Shown here piece by piece: positions 8,437 to 17,469 of a stretch of DNA of 32,000 nucleotides. The DNA comes from Schaalia meyeri. Lineage in GTDB: Bacteria; Actinomycetota; Actinomycetes; Actinomycetales; Actinomycetaceae. The stretch covers positions 209,346-241,345 of the forward strand of contig NZ_FNLK01000010.1 in the NCBI RefSeq assembly GCF_900105015.1, written 5' to 3'. How positions within the stretch are numbered: the stretch's first letter is position 1; every line of letters starts with the position of its first letter. A program made the position numbers and the translations under genes. A model generated the notes under the pieces. That model did not search any database, was not told the DNA's origin, and worked only from the letters and a program-made list of their open reading frames with translations.

Positions 8437-9357
8437 ATGACTTCGCTCCTTGCCCTGGACATTGGCGGCACCAAGGTCGGCTGGGGCATCGTTGAGGCCC
8501 GGGACACCCCTGAGGTCACCGAGCGCGGGTCGATCCCGACCGAGGCGATGCGAGGCGGGGCCGACGTGGCCGAGCGTGTTTGCGCCCTCGCGCGCTCCCT
8601 GGTGACCTCCCATCCGGAAGCCTCGGGGATCGCCGTCGCCAGTGCGGGCGTCGTCGACCCGGCCACGGGCACGATCGTCTCCGCGACCGGCACCATGCCC
8701 GGGTGGGGCGGAACCGCCCTCGGAGCGCAGCTGAAGGCGGCCACCGGCCTTAACGCGCGCGTCCTGAACGACGTGCACGCGCACGGGCTCGGCGAGGCGA
8801 CGCTGGGAGCCGGCCGCCCCTACCGCTCGGTCCTGTCCATCGCGGTGGGTACCGGCATCGGCGGGGCGTTTGTCGAAGATGGCCGCGTCGCCTTCGGTGC
8901 TCGCGGCATCGCCGGGCACGTGGGCCACATTCACCACCACTACGCGCCCGACATGGCGTGCTCGTGCGGCAGGTTCGGGCACATCGAATCATTCTGCTCC
9001 GGCTCGGGGATCACCGCCTGGTACGACTCGCTGCGCACCTCCGCCGACCCCGAGGCCGACGGCGGGCGCGCCCTGCAGGACCTGGCCGAATCCGGCAACG
9101 CCCTGGCCGCCGCGTGCTTCGCCCGCTCCGCCTATGCGCTCGGCGAGGCCACGGCCTCGCTCGTCAACTGCACGGACCCAGCGGCCGTCATCCTCTCCGG
9201 GTCGATGACCCGATCCGGGGACATGTGGTGGGACGGCCTGCGCGAGGGCTTCGCGGCCAGCGCGATGACGCCCGTCGCCGACACCCCCCTCCTGGTTGGT
9301 TCCCTCGGCGGCGACGCGCCGCTGCTCGGGGCCGTTTCGTTCTTCCTTCACCCATAG
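8437..9357 (+). CDS. nanK: ROK-family sugar kinase, likely N-acetylmannosamine kinase
   Basis: N-terminal ALDIGGTK ATP-binding motif and the ROK zinc motif CSCGRFGHIESFCSGSG. Located between nanA and nanE. Confidence 0.8.
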   Translation: MTSLLALDIGGTKVGWGIVEARDTPEVTERGSIPTEAMRGGADVAERVCALARSLVTSHPEASGIAVASAGVVDPATGTIVSATGTMPGWGGTALGAQLKAATGLNARVLNDVHAHGLGEATLGAGRPYRSVLSIAVGTGIGGAFVEDGRVAFGARGIAGHVGHIHHHYAPDMACSCGRFGHIESFCSGSGITAWYDSLRTSADPEADGGRALQDLAESGNALAAACFARSAYALGEATASLVNCTDPAAVILSGSMTRSGDMWWDGLREGFAASAMTPVADTPLLVGSLGGDAPLLGAVSFFLHP

Positions 9358-9366
9358 GAGAAAACC

Positions 9367-10041
9367 ATGCATCCGCTCATTGCTGGCCTGTCCGGTAAGC
9401 TCATCGTCTCCGTCCAGGCCTACCTGGGCGAGCCCATGCGCCATCCCGAGACCATGGCGCAGATCGCCCGCGCGGCCGAGATCGGCGGTGCCGCCGCGAT
9501 CCGCTGCCAGGGCCTGTCCGACATTTCCGCCATCAAGGGCCGCGTTGACGTGCCCGTCATCGGATTGTGGAAGGAGGGCCACGAGGGCGTCTACATCACA
9601 CCCTCGCTGCGCCACGCCCGCGCCTGCGTCATGGCCGGATCCGACATCGTCGCCCTGGACGCGACGGGTCGCCCCCGCCTGGACGGCCTGACCTTTGACC
9701 AGACCACCCGCGCCCTGCACGAGGACGGCACCCTGGTCATGGCGGACTGCGGATCCTTCGAGGATGCCAAGCGCGCCGCCCATGCCGGTGTGGACATTAT
9801 TTCCACGACCCTGGCCGGCTACACGGGGGAGCGCGCCAAGACCGACGGCCCCGACATAGAGCTTCTGGCCGAGGTCGTCGCCGCCTTCCCGGGCGTGCCC
9901 GTCATCTGCGAGGGCCGCGTTCACACGCCCGAGCAGGCCGCCGCGGCCATCGGTGCCGGTGCCTTCGCCGTCATCGTGGGCACCGCGATCACGCACCCCA
10001 CGTCGATCACGACCTGGTTCAAGGCGGCCGTGGAAGGCTGA
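9367..10041 (+). CDS. nanE: N-acetylmannosamine-6-phosphate 2-epimerase
   Basis: 224 aa. LIVSVQAYLGEPM near the N-terminus and the overall TIM-barrel pattern are typical of NanE. AGGAG RBS. Confidence 0.85.
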   Translation: MHPLIAGLSGKLIVSVQAYLGEPMRHPETMAQIARAAEIGGAAAIRCQGLSDISAIKGRVDVPVIGLWKEGHEGVYITPSLRHARACVMAGSDIVALDATGRPRLDGLTFDQTTRALHEDGTLVMADCGSFEDAKRAAHAGVDIISTTLAGYTGERAKTDGPDIELLAEVVAAFPGVPVICEGRVHTPEQAAAAIGAGAFAVIVGTAITHPTSITTWFKAAVEG

Positions 10042-10055
10042 GCGTCAGGATTGGC

Positions 10056-10103
10056 GCGGCGCGCGGGCGGGGTGACGAACACCCGCCCGCGCGCCGCTTT
10101 ACT
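10056..10103 (+). terminator. Intrinsic terminator closing the nan operon
   Basis: Perfect 16-bp GC stem (10056-10071 / 10082-10097), 10-nt loop, then TTTACT. Confidence 0.7.
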
Positions 10104-10125
10104 GGGGAAGCCAAGGGCGTATATT
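10098..10125 (+). promoter_or_regulatory. Candidate promoter of a leaderless MFS transcript (-10 TATATT at 10120-10125, 7 nt before the ATG)
   Basis: TATATT is followed by ACCCAGC and then the ATG at 10133. There is no Shine-Dalgarno. The geometry is typical of actinobacterial leaderless mRNAs. Confidence 0.4.
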
Positions 10126-10132
10126 ACCCAGC

Positions 10133-11383
10133 ATGCCCATCTCCTTTGCTCGCGCCCGCGCCGCCCTGCGCGCGACCTGCGCGGTCTACGTCTGCCTCGG
10201 TTTTGGCACCTCGGCCTGGCTGTCCCGTCTGCCGGACGTGCGCGATGACCTGGGGCTCACGCCCGCCACGATCGGCACGATGCTGCTGATCGCCTCCCTC
10301 GGCTCCCTCATCACCCTGCCGACCTCCGGTCCGATCGTCACCCGGATCGGCGCGCGCGCATCGGGGCGCGTCGGCGTGGGGGTCTGGGCCGTCGGGATCG
10401 TTAGCGCCGGCGTGGGGGCGCTCCTCGGCCTGCTCCCGCTGGCGACCTTCGGCCTCGTGCTGCTGGCCGCGGGTAACGGGCTGTGGGGAGCGACCATGAA
10501 CATTGAGGCGGGACTGGTCCAGGCGGCCGTGAGGCGCACCGTGGTGCCCATCATCCAGGCCATGTACGCGGTGGGCATGCTGACCGGCGCGCTCGTCGGC
10601 TCCCTCGCCTCGCACCTGGGGCTGCCCCTCGGCGCTCACCTCTTTGGCCTCGCCGCCCTCGAACTGGTCGCCTGCGGTGTCGCCGTCGGCTTCTACCTGA
10701 CGAAGGAGGAGGTCACCTCCCTGGCGCCCGCCCCGGATACCGGCGGGGCCAAGGTGGGGTCGGCCTCGCCGAAGACGGAGGCGAAGGGCCTGACCCGCCT
10801 GGCGTGGCGGGAGCGGCAGACCGTGTTGATCGCGCTCATGGTGATGAGCGCCGGGCTCATGGAGGGCGCGGCGAACGATTGGCTGAACCTGTCCATGGTG
10901 GACGGATACGGCTTTTCGACCGCGGGGGCCTCCGCCGCCTTCGCCTTCTTCCTCCTCATGATGACGATCGTCCGCTTCGCGTCCCCGCGCCTTCAGGCGC
11001 GCCTGGGGTCGCCCACGCTGCTGCGTCTGACGTTCTTCGGGGCGGTCATCGGCCTGCTCCTCGTCGCATTCGCGCCCCATCACGCGCTGGCCGTTACCGG
11101 CATCGCCCTGTGGGGGATCGGCGCGTCCCTGGGCTTTCCCCTGGGTATTTCCGCCCTCAGCGTGGATCCCGTGATGACGCCCGCGCGCGTCAGCGTCCTG
11201 TCCACCGTGAACTACGGGGCATCGCTGATCGGTCCGCCCCTGCTGGGGCTCATCGCCGACCACATCGGCTACCATCGGGCCCTGGCCTTCGTCGCCATCC
11301 CCGTCGCGGTCGCGATCGGCCTGGCCGGGCAGGTGCCGGACCGGCGCGGCACCAGGCGCACGGACCTCGCGTTTGGCGGCTAG
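10133..11383 (+). CDS. MFS transporter (about 12 TM)
   Basis: 416 aa, highly hydrophobic with repeated helix pattern and a central hydrophilic loop. No specific substrate signature recognised. Confidence 0.7.
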   Translation: MPISFARARAALRATCAVYVCLGFGTSAWLSRLPDVRDDLGLTPATIGTMLLIASLGSLITLPTSGPIVTRIGARASGRVGVGVWAVGIVSAGVGALLGLLPLATFGLVLLAAGNGLWGATMNIEAGLVQAAVRRTVVPIIQAMYAVGMLTGALVGSLASHLGLPLGAHLFGLAALELVACGVAVGFYLTKEEVTSLAPAPDTGGAKVGSASPKTEAKGLTRLAWRERQTVLIALMVMSAGLMEGAANDWLNLSMVDGYGFSTAGASAAFAFFLLMMTIVRFASPRLQARLGSPTLLRLTFFGAVIGLLLVAFAPHHALAVTGIALWGIGASLGFPLGISALSVDPVMTPARVSVLSTVNYGASLIGPPLLGLIADHIGYHRALAFVAIPVAVAIGLAGQVPDRRGTRRTDLAFGG

Positions 11384-11393
11384 GCTTGAGGGC

Positions 11394-12482
11394 ATGACGA
11401 CCCTCGCTGACCTGACGACCCTGCGCGTGGGCGGACCCATCGCCCGCCACGTGACCGTGACCTCCGCCGACGAATTGGTCGGCGCAGTGTCCGCCGCCGA
11501 CGCCGCGGGCACCCCGCTCCTGGTCGTGGGCGGCGGGTCGAACCTGCTGGCCAGTGACGCGCCCTTCGAGGGCACGGTCATCGACGTGCAGCCCGCAGGA
11601 GAGGTCGCGGCCGTCGTGCGCGAGGCCTCGAACGGCACCGCCGTCGTTCGCGTCGGCGCGGGCACCGTCTGGGACGAGTTCGTGTCCTGGACTCTCTCTC
11701 ACGGCCTTTCCGGCGTCGAGGCGCTGTCCGGCATCCCCGGGACCGTCGGTGCCTCTCCCGTTCAGAACGTGGGCGCCTACGGCCACGAGGTCTCCGAAAC
11801 CATCGAGAGCGTTGCGGCCTACGACCGCTGGAACGGCCTCGTCGTGCGCCTGCTGCCCTCCGACCTCGGCTTCGCCTACCGCTCATCCGCGATCAAGCGC
11901 AGCATCGGCGAGCCCGGCGTGGGCGGCCGCCCGTGGGGGCCGACCGGGCGCTGGGTCGTCCTGTCCGTCGACTTTCGTCTTGTGCGCTCGGAACTGAGTG
12001 CCCCCGTCATGTACTCGGAGCTGGCCAGGCGCCTGGGCGTCCGGGTGGGGGAGCGCGCCGAGGCCGACCTGGTTCGCTCCACCGTCCTGGAGCTGCGCCG
12101 AGGCAAGGGCATGGTCCTGGACGCCGGCGACCACGACACGTGGAGCGCGGGGTCCTTCTTCACGAACCCGATCATGCCCGCCGACGCGGCAGCCTCACTG
12201 CCCGCCAACGCGCCTCGCTTCGGGGCCGGGGAGGGAATGGTTAAGACCAGCGCCGCCTGGCTCATCGACCACGCGGGCTGCGCTCGCGGCTTCCATCTGC
12301 CCGAGGCCGGGGACCCGCCGCGCGCCTCCCTGTCCACCAAGCACGTCCTGGCGCTGACGAACCGGGGCGGCGCCACCGCCGCCGATATCGAGGCACTGGC
12401 CCGCGCCGTGCGCCAGCGCGTGCGCTCCGCTTATGGCATCACCCTGGTGCCCGAGCCGGTCACGGTCGGCATTGACTGGTAG
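11394..12482 (+). CDS. murB: UDP-N-acetylenolpyruvoylglucosamine reductase
   Basis: LTTLRVGGP...LVVGGGSNLL FAD-binding N-terminus and a C-terminal MurB pattern (SAGSFFTNP, KTSAAWLID). The ATG at 11394 was chosen to avoid overlap with the MFS gene; the track start is 11373. Confidence 0.85.
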   Translation: MTTLADLTTLRVGGPIARHVTVTSADELVGAVSAADAAGTPLLVVGGGSNLLASDAPFEGTVIDVQPAGEVAAVVREASNGTAVVRVGAGTVWDEFVSWTLSHGLSGVEALSGIPGTVGASPVQNVGAYGHEVSETIESVAAYDRWNGLVVRLLPSDLGFAYRSSAIKRSIGEPGVGGRPWGPTGRWVVLSVDFRLVRSELSAPVMYSELARRLGVRVGERAEADLVRSTVLELRRGKGMVLDAGDHDTWSAGSFFTNPIMPADAAASLPANAPRFGAGEGMVKTSAAWLIDHAGCARGFHLPEAGDPPRASLSTKHVLALTNRGGATAADIEALARAVRQRVRSAYGITLVPEPVTVGIDW

Positions 12483-12740
12483 GTTGCGGCGTTCGCCATC
12501 GATCTGACAGGAGTGAGTCGTCGTGAACGAGGCCGGGCTGAGCGCGTGGAACCTCGGTTGGGAAGCCGGTGAGTTTGCTCGAGTATGAGGCAATGTCCGC
12601 CAACTTGAAGAGCGATACCTCGCGGGTGGGTGATAGTCCGCGGCGCGCAGGAGAGCCGGTGCATCTTTTCGCCGGAGTGCACGCATGCACTATTCGTTTG
12701 TGACGCCAGCGTGCTACCCCGAACGAGTTCCGCTCCTGGC

Positions 12741-13823
12741 CTATTCCCCCGGCAGGGCCGCCAGCCACGCGTCGATGCCCACCTTCCAGGCCGCCTTGCG
12801 CGACGGGGAAGCCAGGGACGCGTCGATCGACGAACGCGCCAGGGCGGCTAGGGCCTCGTCGCTCATCCCAAAGACATCGCGCGCGACCTCGTACTGGGCG
12901 ACCAAGCGCGACCGGAACAGGAGCGGGTCGTCTGCCGCCAGGGCGATCGTGGCGCCCGCGTCGATGAGGGTGGGCAGCGGCACGTGGGAAAAGTCCGTGA
13001 ACACTCCCAGGTGCACGTTCGACGTGGGGCACACCTCCAGGGCAATGCCCGCATCGACGACCGCCCGCAGCAGGTCCGGGTCCTCGCTGGTGCGAACGCC
13101 GTGCCCGATGCGCGCCGGCGCCAAGGAGGCCACGACCTCGCGCACCGACGCGGGCCCCAGGAGCTCACCACCGTGGGGCACACCCACCAGGCCCGCGCGC
13201 CGGGCGATTCGAAAAGCCGGGGCGAACGAGTCCGTGGAACCGACGCGCTCATCGTTGGACAGCCCGAATCCGACGACGTCGCCGGGGCCGTCGCCCGCGA
13301 AGGAAGCCGCCAGGCGCGCCAGTGTGCGCGCGTCCAAGGGGTGCTTCATGCGGGAGGCCGCGACGATTACCCCGATATCGACGCCCGTGTCGGCGGAGGC
13401 TAAGCGGGCCTCGTCGATGATGATCTCGAGGGCCGGCGTGATACCGCCGACGTAGGGCGCGTAGCTGGTGGGGTCGGCCTGGATCTCCATGCGGACGCTG
13501 CCCTCGGCGGCATCGTCCTCGGCGGCCTCACGGATGAGGCGACGCATCGCATCCTCGGACCGCACCAGGTGACGCGCGGAATCGTAGGCGCGCTGAAACC
13601 GGAACCACCCGCGCCCGTCGGCCGGCATGGAAGCGGCATCGACGTGCAAAAGGTGAGGGGGCAAACGCACGCGCTGGGACGCGGCCATGTTGATCATCGT
13701 CGAGGGGCGCATGGCCCCCGTGAAATGCAGGTGCAGGTGCGCCTTCGGCAGCGTGGCGAGGTCCCGCCTGCCCTTTGGGGTGGGACGCGGGGCGGTCAGG
13801 TCGGCAACCGCGGGCGTAGCCAC
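12741..13823 (-). CDS. add: Adenosine deaminase
   Basis: LPKAHLHLHFTGA (HxH metal site), GHGVR, LEVCPTSN and ADDPLLF motifs. GTG start. Confidence 0.85.
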   Translation of the reverse strand: MATPAVADLTAPRPTPKGRRDLATLPKAHLHLHFTGAMRPSTMINMAASQRVRLPPHLLHVDAASMPADGRGWFRFQRAYDSARHLVRSEDAMRRLIREAAEDDAAEGSVRMEIQADPTSYAPYVGGITPALEIIIDEARLASADTGVDIGVIVAASRMKHPLDARTLARLAASFAGDGPGDVVGFGLSNDERVGSTDSFAPAFRIARRAGLVGVPHGGELLGPASVREVVASLAPARIGHGVRTSEDPDLLRAVVDAGIALEVCPTSNVHLGVFTDFSHVPLPTLIDAGATIALAADDPLLFRSRLVAQYEVARDVFGMSDEALAALARSSIDASLASPSRKAAWKVGIDAWLAALPGE

Positions 13824-13826
13824 GGC

Positions 13827-14636
13827 TCAGTGCTCCCCGAGCCAGATGATGATGTCGCGGATCAGGCCGGGTCCCTCGGGTTCGTTCAGCAGCTCATGGT
13901 AGGCGCCGTCCACGACGCGCAGGTGGATGTCCGCGCCGGGGTTGGCGGCTCGCGCGCCCCGCACCAGGTCTCGCGAGCCCCGCAGATCCGCCATGAGGTC
14001 ATGCGAGCCATGCATGACCAGGGTCGGCGTGCGCAGGCGGGCGGCGTGGCGCAGCACCTCGTCGCCCTGGAGGATCATGGTCACGCCCGTCAGGATTGGG
14101 ACGCCCCCCACATAGTTGAGGGGATCCGCGTCGAAAGCGCGCTGCACCTCGGGGTTGCGAGACAGCGGAGAGACCCCCATGTCGGAGGCCCCCTTCGTGA
14201 CGACGAGGCCGGGGCACAGCCGCGCCAGGGGCGCCAGCATGCGGGCCTGAGAGGGGGCGACGCGGGGGAGGGGGCGCAGGGCCGGCGCGGATAGGACGAT
14301 GCCGCGCAGCCGCGTCGGATCCAGGATCGCCCCGGCGGCCGCGATGAGTCCGCCCATCGAATGCCCGAACAGGAACAGGTCGGGGGTGCGCGCGTGGGCC
14401 AGGGCCTGTCCTCGGGCGACCCCGAAGTCGCGGATGAGCGCGCCGACGTCCACGCGGCCGCGGTCCCCGCCGGATGTGCCGTGGCCGGCGTGGTCAAAGG
14501 AAGCGATGTCGTAACCGGCGCGGGTGAGCGCGGAACGCAGGCGGGCGTAGCGCCCGCAGTGTTCTGCGTACCCGTGGGAGAGGAGGACGGTGCCCCGGGG
14601 GGAATCCTCGGCAGTTCGTTCGAACGAGACGTGCAT
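13827..14636 (-). CDS. Alpha/beta hydrolase (lysophospholipase / monoacylglycerol lipase-like)
   Basis: HGYAEH oxyanion region, GHSMGG nucleophile elbow, C-terminal D...H pattern (GSHD, YHE). Confidence 0.75.
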   Translation of the reverse strand: MHVSFERTAEDSPRGTVLLSHGYAEHCGRYARLRSALTRAGYDIASFDHAGHGTSGGDRGRVDVGALIRDFGVARGQALAHARTPDLFLFGHSMGGLIAAAGAILDPTRLRGIVLSAPALRPLPRVAPSQARMLAPLARLCPGLVVTKGASDMGVSPLSRNPEVQRAFDADPLNYVGGVPILTGVTMILQGDEVLRHAARLRTPTLVMHGSHDLMADLRGSRDLVRGARAANPGADIHLRVVDGAYHELLNEPEGPGLIRDIIIWLGEH

Positions 14637-15841
14637 CAGGCGAAGAGCTCCTGCACGCGAGTGATGCCTGCGACCAGGTCCTCGTCAGCCAGGGCGTAGG
14701 AAAAGCGCAGGAACCCGGAGCGGCCGAATGCCTCCCCGGGGACGGCTGCGACCTCAACCTCGTCGAGGATCAGGTCCGCGAGCTCGCCGGAGGTGCGGGC
14801 GACGCGGCCGCGAATCTTTCGGCCCAGCAGGCCCTCGACGTTGGGATAGGCGTAGAACGCGCCCGTGGGTGTGGGAACGGTAAAGCCGTCGATCCGGCGC
14901 AGCATGTCGACGATGGTGCGGCGGCGGCGGTCGAAGGCGGCCCTCATCTGATGCACCGCGTCAAGGGAACCGGACACGGCGGCGCGCGCGGCCTCCTGCG
15001 CGACGTTGTTGACGTTGGACGTGAGGTGCGACTGGAAGGACAGGGCCGCCTTGATCACGTCGGAGGGGCCGATCATCCAGCCGACGCGCCACCCCGTCAT
15101 CGCGTAGGTCTTGGCGACACCGTTCAGGATGACGGCCTGGTCGGCCAGCTCGGGCACGAGCGCGACGATGTGTGCCGTCTGTGCGTCCTCGTACAGCAGG
15201 TGTTCGTAGATTTCGTCGGAAATAACCCAGATGCCGTGATCTAGCGCCCACTGTCCGATCACGGTGAGCTCCGCGGGCGTGTAGACGCTGCCCGTGGGGT
15301 TCGAAGGCGAACACATCAGGAGGACCTTGGTGCGCGGCGTGCGCGCCTCCTCCAGCTGCTCGACGGTGACCTTGTAGTCGGCGTCTGCGCCGGCGAACAC
15401 CTCGACGGGGGTGGCGCCCGCGAGCTTGATCACCTCGGGATATGTGGTCCAGTAGGGGGCGGGCAGGATCGCCTCGTCTCCGGGGCCCAGCAGCGCGGCG
15501 AAGGCCTGGAAGACCGCCTGCTTGCCGCCGTTGGTGACAACGATGTCGGCGGGACAGACCTCGTAGCCGGAATCGCGCAGGGTCTTATCGGCGATGGCCT
15601 CGCGCAGCGCGGGCAGGCCGGCTGCGGGCGTATAGCGGTGCATCGCGGGATCGTGCGCCGCCCTCACGGCGGCCTCGACGATGTAGTCGGGGGTGGCGAA
15701 GTCCGGTTCACCCGCGCCGAAGCCGATAACGGGACGGCCGGCAGCCTTGAGGGCCTTCGCCTTCGCGTCGACGGCCAGGGTGGCCGACGGGGTGATGGCG
15801 TTGAAACGATCAGAGACTCGGGTGCGTGGAGATGTGCTCAC
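14636..15841 (-). CDS. PLP-dependent aminotransferase, class I (aspartate aminotransferase-like)
   Basis: GEPDF, NPTG and [13 protein letters not shown] (PLP-Lys region) motifs. Its TGA overlaps the ATG of the downstream hydrolase (TGATG). Confidence 0.85.
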   Translation of the reverse strand: MSTSPRTRVSDRFNAITPSATLAVDAKAKALKAAGRPVIGFGAGEPDFATPDYIVEAAVRAAHDPAMHRYTPAAGLPALREAIADKTLRDSGYEVCPADIVVTNGGKQAVFQAFAALLGPGDEAILPAPYWTTYPEVIKLAGATPVEVFAGADADYKVTVEQLEEARTPRTKVLLMCSPSNPTGSVYTPAELTVIGQWALDHGIWVISDEIYEHLLYEDAQTAHIVALVPELADQAVILNGVAKTYAMTGWRVGWMIGPSDVIKAALSFQSHLTSNVNNVAQEAARAAVSGSLDAVHQMRAAFDRRRRTIVDMLRRIDGFTVPTPTGAFYAYPNVEGLLGRKIRGRVARTSGELADLILDEVEVAAVPGEAFGRSGFLRFSYALADEDLVAGITRVQELFA

Positions 15842-16022
15842 CCTTTAATGGTCCCACGTCGTGAGCCCGTGTGGCGTTGAGCGCAGGCGGCGTGTGCGTG
15901 GTCTACCTCTCATCTGCGAGGCCGGGGCCAGGTTTTCGCGGCTCGCGACATGACGGGATCCTTCTCCGTTGGACAAAGCGGCGACCCATACACTAGTGTT
16001 CGTCAAGCAGGTTTTTCTGCGT

Positions 16023-16095
16023 AGGGCAGTGGCGCAATTGGTAGCGCACCGGTCTCCAAAACCGGCGGTTGTGGGTTCGAGTCCCGCCTGCCCTG
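16023..16095 (+). tRNA. tRNA-Trp (anticodon CCA)
   Basis: Cloverleaf read by eye: acceptor AGGGCAG/CTGCCCT, D stem GCGC/GCGC, anticodon stem CCGGT/ACCGG with loop CTCCAAA, T arm GTGGG-TTCGAGT-CCCGC. Canonical position upstream of secE. CCA is not encoded. Confidence 0.9.
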
Positions 16096-16128
16096 CGAAT
16101 AGGCTGATATTTTCGCAGGAGGATTCCA

Positions 16129-16425
16129 ATGGCCGCAAGTGAAGCCTCGGACGTCGAATCCTCGCGCCGAGACCGCACGAAAAACGAGGCGACCCCAAAG
16201 CGCGGGGAAGCCGCTCGTGAAAAAACGAAGCGCCCCGGTTTTTTCGGTCGCATCTGGCTTTTCTTCAAGCAGGTTATCGACGAAATGAAGAAGGTCACCT
16301 ATCCGACGGGATCCGAGACCTGGACGTACTTCACGGTCGTCGTTGTGTTTGTTACCGCAATCATGATTTTCGCTGGTCTCCTCGACTTCGGATTCGGTAA
16401 GCTGAGTGCATTGATCTTCGGCTGA
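16129..16425 (+). CDS. secE: Preprotein translocase subunit SecE
   Basis: Basic N-terminal extension, then [16 protein letters not shown] followed by a single TM helix. Synteny tRNA-Trp/secE/nusG. Confidence 0.9.
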   Translation: MAASEASDVESSRRDRTKNEATPKRGEAAREKTKRPGFFGRIWLFFKQVIDEMKKVTYPTGSETWTYFTVVVVFVTAIMIFAGLLDFGFGKLSALIFG

Positions 16426-16433
16426 GACCGACG

Positions 16434-16469
16434 AACCCGCCCGCAGGATACTGCAGGCGGGTTTCTTTC
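16434..16469 (+). terminator. Hairpin plus T-tract between secE and nusG (attenuator or partial terminator)
   Basis: Stem 16434-16446 / 16451-16463 (12 bp with one mismatch), loop GATA, tail TCTTTC. Confidence 0.45.
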
Positions 16470-16502
16470 ACGGTCCGGCCCCATTCTCAGGAGGGAAACA
16501 CC

Positions 16503-17309
16503 GTGAACGACGACAAGTACACCGAGGACCCCGCCGACCTGGCCGCCCAGGAAACGGCGGAGGAAGTGCCCCAGGAAGCGGTCGAGCCAGAGGGTGCCGA
16601 TTCGAGGGACGCAGAGGCGGTGGTCGACGGCCAGGCCTCGGAATCCTTAGCGGAGACTGCCGAACAGGCCCAGGAAGCCTCCCAGGGGGAGGCGTCGACG
16701 GAAGAGGAAGCGGTGGCCGAGCTGCGCCGCAAGCTCTACACGTCCCCCGGCGACTGGTATGTCATCCACACCTACTCCGGGCACGAGCGCAAGGTGAAGG
16801 CAAACCTCGAGCAGCGCATCGCCACGCAGAACATGGAGGATTACATCTTCGCCGTTGAGGTTCCGGACGAGTACGTCATGGAGTACCGTGGCACCGCGAA
16901 GAAGCGCGTGCGCCACGTGCGCATCCCCGGGTATGCGATCGTCTGCATGGACTTTAACGAGGCTTCCTACCGAGTCGTCAAGGAAACCCCCGCCGTCACC
17001 GGCTTCGTGGGCGATCAGCACAACCCCGTTCCGCTGTCCATCGACGAGGTCGTCATGCTCCTGACGCCCAACGTCTTGGAGGAGGCCGCCGAGGCCGCCA
17101 AGGATCAGCCCGCTCCCGTGCAGGCCGTTCAGACCCAGTTCGAGGTCGGCGAGATCGTCACCGTCATCGACGGGCCTTTCGAGACCATGTCGGCCACGAT
17201 CGCCGAGATCATGCCCGAGACGCACAAGCTCAAGGTCCTGGTCACCATCTTCGAGCGCGAGACGCCGCTCGAGCTCGGCTTCGATCAGGTGGACAAGCTC
17301 GATCAGTGA
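16503..17309 (+). CDS. nusG: Transcription termination/antitermination factor NusG with an acidic N-terminal extension of about 75 aa
   Basis: The NGN domain starts at [15 protein letters not shown]-terminal KOW motif [18 protein letters not shown] start with AGGAGGG RBS. Confidence 0.9.
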   Translation: MNDDKYTEDPADLAAQETAEEVPQEAVEPEGADSRDAEAVVDGQASESLAETAEQAQEASQGEASTEEEAVAELRRKLYTSPGDWYVIHTYSGHERKVKANLEQRIATQNMEDYIFAVEVPDEYVMEYRGTAKKRVRHVRIPGYAIVCMDFNEASYRVVKETPAVTGFVGDQHNPVPLSIDEVVMLLTPNVLEEAAEAAKDQPAPVQAVQTQFEVGEIVTVIDGPFETMSATIAEIMPETHKLKVLVTIFERETPLELGFDQVDKLDQ

Positions 17310-17469
17310 CATCGTGCACCCGGACTTGGGATCAAGCCCGGAATCGCGTTATGATTCACTTTTGTGTGCGTAGGGCGGGGTGTGCCCGCTGAAAACCAGC
17401 GGGATGCCGCCCCTGCGCCGCCCTGACCGACGTCCGTCGGCCAGAACTTCAGCAGAAAGACCCGCATTC

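Noticed and set aside
12540-12680. Cobalamin-riboswitch-like strings (GGGAAGCCGGTGAG, GTCCGCCAACTTG, CAGGAGAGCCGGTG) and TPP-like strings (GCTGAGC, GAACCTCGG).
   Set aside because: The pairing partner expected after GGTGAG (an AAUCCGGC-type P4 helix) is missing, and the B12-box match is interrupted. The region lies between convergent genes, so there is no downstream gene to regulate on either strand. It is kept only as an unexplained intergenic region.
12685-13455. 256-aa plus-strand ORF downstream of the murB-add spacer, which could have served as a target for a riboswitch.
   Set aside because: It lies entirely antisense to adenosine deaminase, which has unambiguous catalytic motifs. Its composition is Ser/Arg/Ala/Pro-rich.
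15842-16022. Promoter hexamers for tRNA-Trp/secE (TTGGAC ... TACACT / TAGTGT).
   Set aside because: The spacers are 14 or 19 bp, so neither combination is convincing. Left unannotated.
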